Shown here in pieces: positions 57,766 to 64,000 of a DNA stretch of 64,000 nt. Position 1 is the stretch's first letter. Each line of letters begins with the position of its first letter. The DNA lies in contig CAWEOB010000001.1 in the NCBI GenBank assembly GCA_963810635.1, positions 141,751-205,750 on the forward strand, written 5' to 3'. The notes under the pieces are model-generated. The model was not told where the DNA came from, did no database searches, and was given only the letters and a program-made list of their open reading frames with translations. The translations under genes were made by a program, and so were the position numbers. This DNA comes from an uncultured Actinomycetes bacterium. Its GTDB lineage: Bacteria; Actinomycetota; UBA4738; HRBIN12.

Positions 57766-59667
57766 GTGAACACCACCCGCATCCCTCGCACCCTCGTCGT
57801 CTTCGTGCTGGCCGGAGGCTTGGCCACGCTCGTCGTGACGTTCTCCGGGAGCCTCGTGGTGGGCCTCGCGACGGGTCTCGCTGTGTGGCTCATCGCGATG
57901 CTCCTGATCTGGTCGGTGGACCGCCGCGGCACGCTGGGCGGCGCCCACGACGCCTCCCGTCGGCGCTTCCTCCTGGGCGCCAGCCTGGGCGGTCTCGCTC
58001 TCGTTGCCGGAGGAGCGGCCCTCGGGCGCACGCTCGCCAAGCTCGCCCGGCCCGATGCGATCGCGGCCCAGGACGCGGGCGCGACGCGGCTCGGCGCCGA
58101 GTACATGGAGCTGGTCAGGCGCGCCTACCGCAAGGGGCGTTCTGCCGAGCTACAGCTGGTGGTTGCCCCGTTCAACAGCGCGAACTACCCGCCGGAGTCG
58201 CGCTCCCTGTTGCCGAAGGACCCGAGGACCAGCCACGCGGCCCCGTGGATGTACCTGGAGCGGATCCCGCTCGTCGTCTACGGTCCCGGCGTCGTCGAGC
58301 CCGGCGACAACGATGATCGCGTCACGCTCGCCGACCTGGCGCCGACCACCGCCGAGCTCATCGGCTTCGACACCTGGCCGGCCGATCGCGCCGGCCGGGC
58401 CCTGCCGGGCCTTGGGACCACCGGCGTGACTCCGAAGGTCGTCGTGACGTTCGTGATCGACGGCGGCGGTTGGAACGTCCTCGACCACTGGCCCGACGAC
58501 TGGCCCACGCTCAAGCGCCTGATGGGCGAAGGCATGCACTACCGGGACGCGATCACCGGCTCGTTCCCCGCGGTCACGGCGGCGGCGCACGCCACGATCG
58601 GCACCGGAACCTTCCCGAACGAGCACGGGATCACGGGCCACAACATCCGCGACGGTGCGAACCCGCGGAAGGCCTACCGCGATCGTGGCCTCGCGGATCC
58701 CACCGACATCCTGGTCCCGACCCTGGCGGACCTCTGGCACGACGAGACCGGCGCGTGGGTCGGTGAGGTCGGCTACCAGGTCTGGCACCTGGGGATGCTC
58801 GGACGCGGAGGGACCCAACGACCGGCGGGCGACCTCCCGGTCGCGATCTACTTCGATGAGGACGATGAGTTCGGCGGCGGCTGGGTGCCGCACAACCCCG
58901 AGCTGTACCGGATGCCGGCGCGGTGGCCCGGTCTCGAGGTGTTCGAGGCGCGGGTGGCGGCCGACGACTCGTCGATCTCGGACGAGGAGTACGCGCGATG
59001 GGGGAACCCGTACTGCTGCGCGCCGCCGATCGCGGGCTACCAGACCGACCTGCTCGAGCTCACGCTCGACTCGGAGCCCGTGGGCGCCGACGCCACCGGC
59101 TTGCTGTACACCACGTACAAGGCCCCGGACTACACCGGTCACGTCTACGGGATGTTCTCCGAGCAGACCGCCCTCATGCTCCACGCGGTCGACGACGAGC
59201 TGGCGCGGATGGTGGACATCCTCGAGGAGTGCTACCCCGGCGAGTACGTGCTCATCATCACGGCTGATCACGGACAATGCCCGCTCCCCGATGCGGCCGG
59301 GGGCGTGCGCCTGGATCCGATCCAGCTCGAGAGCGTGATCGAGCAGGAGTTCGGCGCGGGGATCGCCGACGCGGTCCAGAACGTCTACCCGAGCGAGGTC
59401 TACCTGGATGTCCCCGGGCTCCGAGACGCCGACGCAACCCCTGATGACGTGGCCGCGTTCCTCGAAGGGCTGACGTACCGGCAGAACCTCGGTCCGTACG
59501 TGCCCGAAGACGCGATCCAGCAGGATCTGCTCGACCGGCGGGAGTTCGCAGCGGTGTTCTCCACCACGTGGCTCGATGAGCTCGGCGACACGAGCGCGTA
59601 CGGCGACACCGAGTACGCCGGGGCGGACGTGGACCCGGGCGTTCCGCCCGCGTCCGTCATCGGCTGA
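57766..59667 (+). CDS. alkaline-phosphatase-superfamily protein (type I phosphodiesterase/nucleotide pyrophosphatase-like), exported
   Basis: 633 aa. N-terminal TM helices then a Tat-like 'SRRRFLLGASLGGLALVAGGAALG'. 'FPAVTAAAHATIGTGTFPNEHGITGHNI' (nucleophile Thr region) and 'LIITADHGQ'. Confidence 0.7.
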   Translation: MNTTRIPRTLVVFVLAGGLATLVVTFSGSLVVGLATGLAVWLIAMLLIWSVDRRGTLGGAHDASRRRFLLGASLGGLALVAGGAALGRTLAKLARPDAIAAQDAGATRLGAEYMELVRRAYRKGRSAELQLVVAPFNSANYPPESRSLLPKDPRTSHAAPWMYLERIPLVVYGPGVVEPGDNDDRVTLADLAPTTAELIGFDTWPADRAGRALPGLGTTGVTPKVVVTFVIDGGGWNVLDHWPDDWPTLKRLMGEGMHYRDAITGSFPAVTAAAHATIGTGTFPNEHGITGHNIRDGANPRKAYRDRGLADPTDILVPTLADLWHDETGAWVGEVGYQVWHLGMLGRGGTQRPAGDLPVAIYFDEDDEFGGGWVPHNPELYRMPARWPGLEVFEARVAADDSSISDEEYARWGNPYCCAPPIAGYQTDLLELTLDSEPVGADATGLLYTTYKAPDYTGHVYGMFSEQTALMLHAVDDELARMVDILEECYPGEYVLIITADHGQCPLPDAAGGVRLDPIQLESVIEQEFGAGIADAVQNVYPSEVYLDVPGLRDADATPDDVAAFLEGLTYRQNLGPYVPEDAIQQDLLDRREFAAVFSTTWLDELGDTSAYGDTEYAGADVDPGVPPASVIG

Positions 59668-59691
59668 CCGGCCCATGCCATCATCCGCGCC

Positions 59692-60950
59692 ATGGCGCTG
59701 GCGCTGACCACCGACGAACGCGCGCTCCTCGACGAACCGTCGTCCGCCACCGCGATGCGCATCCTCGTCGAGATGGCCGAGGTGATGGGTGCCCGGCACC
59801 TCGTGCCGATCACCCGTGCCCACATCGATAGTTGCCTGTACCACGGGCTCGCCGGGGTGGACTTCGCCGAGCGCTTGGCGGCCGAGGGCGCGCGGGTCCG
59901 GGTCCCGGCCACCCTCAACGTGGCGGCCCTCGACCTGCTGCACCCGGGGCTGGTCCGGCTGGATGTCGCCACCGCCGAGCTCGCGAAGCGCCAGATGGAC
60001 GCCTACGTCGCGATGGGATGCCGGCCCACCTGGACGTGCGCGCCCTATCAGCTCGCCGACCGGCCGGCACCCGGGGAACAGATCGCCTGGGCGGAGTCGA
60101 ACGCGATCGTGTTCGCGAACTCCGTGTTGGGCGCGCGGACCGAGCGGTACGGCGACTTCCTCGACATCTGCTGCGCGATCGCCGGGAGGGCGCCGTCCGT
60201 CGGGATGCACACCGACGGGGGGCGGCGCGCGCGGCTCGTCGTCGACGCGTCGGCCGTGCCGCCGCGCCTCCTGCGGGAGACGGCCGGCGCGGCTGCGCTC
60301 GGCCATCTCCTCGGGAAGCGAGCGGGCACGGCGGTGGCAGCGATCGTCGGCCTGCCGGCGGAGATCGGCGAAGACGCGCTGAAGGCGCTCGGGGCCGCCG
60401 GCGCCTCATCGGGTCCGTCGCCCTGTTCCATGCCGTGGGGGTCACGCCGGAAGCGCCGACCTTGGAGGCCGCCACCGGCGGGGGCACCGACCTCCCCCAG
60501 GTCACCGTTGCGCTCGCCGACCTCCGCCGGGCCCGGGACGAGCTCTCCACGGTCGCGGGCGGCGCCGTCGGCGCCGTCGGTGCCGTCACGCTTGGCACGC
60601 CGCACGCGTCCGCCGCGGAGCTCGCCCGACTCGTCGATCTGGTTGAGGGTTCGCCGCCGACGATCCCCTTCTACGTGAACCTGGGCCGCGACACGCTCGC
60701 GGGTGCCGGTGCGGATGCCGCCGAGCGACTCACGGCGGCCGGGGTCCAGTTGGTCACCGACACGTGCGCCTACCTCGCCCCGGTGATCCACGACGTCGAG
60801 GGAGCGCTGATGACCGACTCGGCGAAGGCCGCCTGGTACGCGCCTGCCAACCTGGGCGTCGAGACGGTCTTCGGGACGACCGACGAGTGCGTCCGCACGG
60901 CGGCCGTGGGCGCCCTGTGGCGCGACCGGGAGCTGTGGGGCGATGCCTGA
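59692..60950 (+). CDS. aconitase X catalytic subunit (DUF521; one frameshift near 60414)
   Basis: 'ITRAHIDSCLYHG', 'TWTCAPYQL', 'AWAESNAIVFANSVLGARTERYGDFLDICCAI'. The C-terminal part 'SVALFHAVGVTPEAP...VTDTCAY...MTDSAKAAWY' is in the frame of track ORF 59832..60950. The length is 3n+2. Confidence 0.8.
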
Positions 60951-61365
60951 TCTCGACGTGCTCGTCGGCGGCACCGCCGAGGGCGACGTCCTGACGCTGG
61001 ACGAGCCGCTCAGCCTGTGGGGCGGTCTCGACCCCTCGACCGGCGACGTGATCGACGTTCGACACCCGCAACGAGGCGCCCGGGTCGCCGGGCGTATCCT
61101 CCTCCTCCCGGGAGGCCGTGGGTCCAGCTCGAGCTCCACGATCCTCGCCGAAGCGATCCGTGCGGGGACCGCGCCCGCGGCCATCGTCCTGGGGGAACCG
61201 GACCCCATCCTGGCGCTCGGGGCGATCGTGGGCCGCGAGCTCTATCGGATCACCGTGCCCGTCGTGGTGGCCAACCCTGCCACCTACGCGGTGGTGACGG
61301 CCTGGGAGCGGGTCCGCGTCGACAGGAACACCATCGAGCAGGTGAAGGATCGGCCCAGCCCGTGA
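60943..61365 (+). CDS. aconitase X swivel-domain subunit (DUF126)
   Basis: 140 aa. 'GEGDVLTLDEPLSLWGGLDPSTGDVIDVRHPQRG...GRILLLPGGRGSSSSSTILAEAIRAGTAPAAIV'. It overlaps the large-subunit gene by 8 nt. Confidence 0.8.
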   Translation: MPDLDVLVGGTAEGDVLTLDEPLSLWGGLDPSTGDVIDVRHPQRGARVAGRILLLPGGRGSSSSSTILAEAIRAGTAPAAIVLGEPDPILALGAIVGRELYRITVPVVVANPATYAVVTAWERVRVDRNTIEQVKDRPSP

Positions 61366-61460
61366 CGCCGGGTCACCACCCTCGTTGACCGCCTCCGCGC
61401 GGCGCAACTAGCGTCCCACCCGTCCCGCGACCGTGGAGGCACCCCCAGGATGCACGTCCG

Positions 61461-63065
61461 ATGACCACGACCATCTACGACGCGATCGTGGTGGGAGGAG
61501 GCCACAACGGCCTGACCGCTGCCGCGTACCTGGCGCGCGGCGGTCTCCGCACGCTGGTCCTGGAACGGCGGGACATGGTGGGGGGGGCCTGCGTCACGGA
61601 GGAGATCGCGCCCGGGTGCCGAGCCTCGACGACGTCGTACATCGCGTCGATGCTGCGTCCGGAGGTGATCCGCGACCTCCGTCTCGCCAAGCACGGGTTG
61701 CGCATGGTTCCGTGCGAGCCGGGGCTCCAGGCGGCGTTCGAGGACGGCACGGTCCTCCCCTGGTGGACCGATCACGCACGCACCGTCCAGGAGTGGTCCA
61801 CGATCAGCCCCACCGACGCCAAGACGTTCGACCGGGTCGACCGTCGGCTGAAGCAGCTGGTCCGGTACCTCCAGCCGTTCTTCCTCGAAGCGCCGCCGAA
61901 CGTCCATGCGCGCGGCCTCGAGAAGCTCCGTGAGGGCTGGAGGGTCGGCCGGCGCGTCCGGAAGATCCAGGGCGACGAGATCACGGACCTCGTGGAGTTC
62001 CTCACCGGGTCGCTCGGCGACTTCCTCGACCGGCACTTCGAGCACGACAAGATCAAACGGATGTACCTGGCCAACAACGTCTACGGGATGCACTCGCCCC
62101 CCTACCGGCCGGGGACCGCCATCGGCTTGCTGTTCCACCTGCTTTCCGGAGGCAGCGACGACGTCCAGGGCTGGTTCGGGCACGTGATCGGCGGCATGGG
62201 CTCGATCACGCAGGCCATGGCCGCTGCCGCCCGGGAGTACGGTGCGGAGATCAGGGTCGAGACGCCGGTCTCCAAGATCCTGGTCACCGGCGGGCAGGCC
62301 AGCGGGGTCGTGCTCGAGGACGGGACCGAGCTCCGATCCCGCGTGGTGGTGTCGAACGCCGACCCCAAGCGCACGTTCCTCGGGCTGATGGACGAGGGCG
62401 ACCTCCCGGGCGACTTCCGGCGCGCGGTGGCCGACATCAAGATGGCCGGCCCCTGCGCCAAGGTGAACCTCGTGCTGTCGGAGGAGCCTCGCTGGACGGG
62501 GATGCCCGCCGGCGCCGACGCCAACCGCCGCTCCTTCGCCACGCTCGTCCCCACCCTGGAGGCGGCGGAGCGGATGTACGACGTGGCGAAGTGGGGTGAG
62601 ATCCCCGACGAGCTCTGGGTGGATTGCGTGGTCGCCTCGAACGTCGACGACTCGCTCGCCCCGCCCGGCGTCCACATCATGACCTGCTTCGTGCAGTACG
62701 TGCCGTACGAGCTGCGCCACGGGTCGTGGGACGAGGAACGCGACGTCCTCGGCGCGCGGGTCCTCGAGCAGATCGGGCGCTACGCGACGAACGTCCCCGG
62801 AGCGGTGCAGGCGATGCAGGTCGTGACGCCGCTCGACCTCGAACGCACCTACGGACTGACCGAGGGCAACATCTTCCACGGGGACCTCAACATCCAGCAG
62901 CTGTTCTTCATGCGGCCGGTACCGGGGTGGTCCGACGCCACCACGCCGGTCCGGGGGCTCTACCTGTGCGGTGCCGGGGTCCACCCGGGGGGTGGCGTGA
63001 CGGGTGCACCCGGGTACATCGCCTCGCACCGCGTCCTGCGCGATGCGAAGAGGGCGCGTCCGTGA
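61461..63065 (+). CDS. NAD(P)/FAD-dependent oxidoreductase, PYROXD2 family, paralogue C
   Basis: Intact 534-aa ORF. 'YDAIVVGGGHNGLTAAAYLARGG...SYIASMLRPEVIRDLRLAKHGL', 'GLTEGNIFHGDLNIQQLFFMRPVPGW', 'LYLCGAGVHPGGGVTGAPG'. Its TGA (63063-63065) overlaps the soxD GTG (63062). Confidence 0.85.
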   Translation: MTTTIYDAIVVGGGHNGLTAAAYLARGGLRTLVLERRDMVGGACVTEEIAPGCRASTTSYIASMLRPEVIRDLRLAKHGLRMVPCEPGLQAAFEDGTVLPWWTDHARTVQEWSTISPTDAKTFDRVDRRLKQLVRYLQPFFLEAPPNVHARGLEKLREGWRVGRRVRKIQGDEITDLVEFLTGSLGDFLDRHFEHDKIKRMYLANNVYGMHSPPYRPGTAIGLLFHLLSGGSDDVQGWFGHVIGGMGSITQAMAAAAREYGAEIRVETPVSKILVTGGQASGVVLEDGTELRSRVVVSNADPKRTFLGLMDEGDLPGDFRRAVADIKMAGPCAKVNLVLSEEPRWTGMPAGADANRRSFATLVPTLEAAERMYDVAKWGEIPDELWVDCVVASNVDDSLAPPGVHIMTCFVQYVPYELRHGSWDEERDVLGARVLEQIGRYATNVPGAVQAMQVVTPLDLERTYGLTEGNIFHGDLNIQQLFFMRPVPGWSDATTPVRGLYLCGAGVHPGGGVTGAPGYIASHRVLRDAKRARP

Positions 63066-63292
63066 GCCTGCGGCTCCCCTGCACGCACTGCGGCGACCGA
63101 CCGTTCACGGAGTTCACGTTCGGCGGTGAGGTCCGCCCGGTCGACGCTCCGGATCCGGACGCGGACTTCGCCCGCGTCTTCCTGCGCGAGAACGTCGCCG
63201 GGATCCAGGAGGAACGCTGGTTCCATGCGATGGGCTGCCGTCGATGGCTCACCCTGCATCGCGACACCGTGACGAACCGGATCGTCGGCTGA
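63062..63292 (+). CDS. soxD: sarcosine-oxidase delta-subunit family protein
   Basis: GTG at 63062, in the frame of track ORF 62624..63292. 'LPCTHCGDRPFTEFTFGGE...ERWFHAMGCRRWLTLHRDTVTNRI' matches the SoxD Cys3His zinc motif and spacing. Confidence 0.8.
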   Translation: MSLRLPCTHCGDRPFTEFTFGGEVRPVDAPDPDADFARVFLRENVAGIQEERWFHAMGCRRWLTLHRDTVTNRIVG

Positions 63293-64000
63293 TGGGGGCG
63301 ATCGACTTCGAAGGGAAGCCCGTCGCGGTCGAGGACGGCGACTCCGTGGGCTCCGCGCTCTTCCGTGCGGGGGTCCGGACCTTCACGAGGTCGCTGAAGT
63401 CGCACCGCCGGCGCGGCCTGTACTGCGTCACGGGCGACTGCGCGAACTGCCTGGTGACCGTCGATGGCGTGCCGGGCGAGCGTGCATGCGTCACCGACGC
63501 GCGCGACGGGATGCACGTGGAACGGGAGACCGGCTGGCCGTCGACCGATCACGACGCGCTGGCTGTCGCCGACCACCTCCACTGGGCGATGCCCGTCGGC
63601 TTCTACTACAAGACGTTCGTCCGACCACGGGCTGCATGGGAGGCTGCGGAGAAGGTCGATCCGTCGCGCGACCGGAACGGGGCGGCTGCCGCTCGACCGG
63701 CAGGTCGAGCCGAAGCCGACCCGGTACGCGCGCGCCGAGGTGCTCGTGATCGGTGGGGGGCCGGCGGGGTTGGCGGCCGCGGCCGAGGCCGCGGCCGCCG
63801 GTGGCCGGGTCCTGCTCGCGGACGAGGGTGTGCCCGGCGCGATGCTCGCGCCGGGTCCCACCCTCGACGCGGTCCACCGGCTCGCGGGGGACGTCCACCG
63901 GGCGGGGGTGGAGGTCCTCGTCCGGCACGCCGCGATCGGGATCTACGAAGGGCCGAGCGTCCCCCTGCTCGGCCCGCAGGAGCTCGTCGAGGTCGAGGCC
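63292..64000 (+). CDS. SoxA/HcnA-like 2Fe-2S + FAD/NAD(P)-binding subunit (partial at window end; one frameshift near 63658)
   Basis: This ORF is not in the track because it is open-ended. The ATG at 63292 overlaps the soxD TGA. 'IDFEGKPVAVEDGDSVGSALFRAGV...GLYCVTGDCANCLVTVDGVPGERAC' gives a Cx4Cx2Cx11C pattern. After a frame change the sequence reads 'RYARAEVLVIGGGPAGLAAAAEAAAAGGRVLLADE' (a Rossmann motif). Confidence 0.7.
   Translation, partial: MGAIDFEGKPVAVEDGDSVGSALFRAGVRTFTRSLKSHRRRGLYCVTGDCANCLVTVDGVPGERACVTDARDGMHVERETGWPSTDHDALAVADHLHWAMPVGFYYKTFVRPRAAWEAAEKVDPSRDRNGAAAARPAGRAEADPVRARRGARDRWGAGGVGGRGRGRGRRWPGPARGRGCARRDARAGSHPRRGPPARGGRPPGGGGGPRPARRDRDLRRAERPPARPAGARRGRG

Noticed and set aside
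58150-63029. Long minus-strand ORFs 58150..60306 (718 aa) and 61284..63029 (581 aa)
   Set aside because: They are antisense to the AlkP-family, AcnX and PYROXD2-like C genes, which carry clear motifs. Their composition is typical of shadow ORFs.
1-64000. tRNA, rRNA, CRISPR arrays, IS elements, integrases and prophage genes
   Set aside because: The intergenic spacers are short (the longest are about 160-185 nt). By eye they show no cloverleaf-compatible structure, no repeat-spacer periodicity, no terminal inverted repeats, and no transposase- or integrase-like ORFs.

Overview
The window is very GC-rich and gene-dense. I found no rRNA, tRNA, CRISPR array, IS element or prophage. The content looks actinobacterial: F420/LLM-type enzymes, a CysO-Mec-CysM cysteine route, murI-MBL-rph-rdgB synteny, and an InhA-type enoyl-ACP reductase.

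I call about 67 protein-coding genes. Most long ORFs in the six-frame track that lie antisense to these genes are high-GC shadow ORFs.

The genes fall into these blocks:
- 1-3.9 kb: an ApbE / ferric-reductase-like / NuoF-like / ferredoxin module.
- 12.8-16.1 kb: a hydantoinase / beta-ureidopropionase / LLM operon.
- 17-19 kb: a Kv-type channel and a histidine kinase.
- 19.3-30.6 kb: rdgB-rph-MBL-murI-cysM, then an ABC importer, then cysO-thiF-mec-selD.
- 31-33 kb: fabI and an SDR gene.
- 34-45 kb: several efflux ABC and MFS systems.
- 47.6-52 kb: MoxR-DUF58-transglutaminase.
- 52-64 kb: a catabolic island.

There are two cross-cutting results.

1. The sequence as given carries many 1-2 nt indels. 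About 15 otherwise intact genes, including murI, need one frame correction each. A roughly 3 kb stretch (about 12.85-15.79 kb) needs about 20 corrections. Several of those are an extra G in a GGC codon, so I read this mainly as assembly or base-calling error rather than gene decay.

2. The best candidate for an undescribed system is the 52-64 kb island. It holds three PYROXD2/CrtI-family flavoenzyme paralogues together with a GcvT-like aminomethyltransferase, split aconitase X and an ureohydrolase. One paralogue is stop/start-overlapped with soxD and a 2Fe-2S SoxA-like gene, in the position where canonical soxB normally sits.

All functional calls come from reading the translated ORFs by eye. 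No database search was run.
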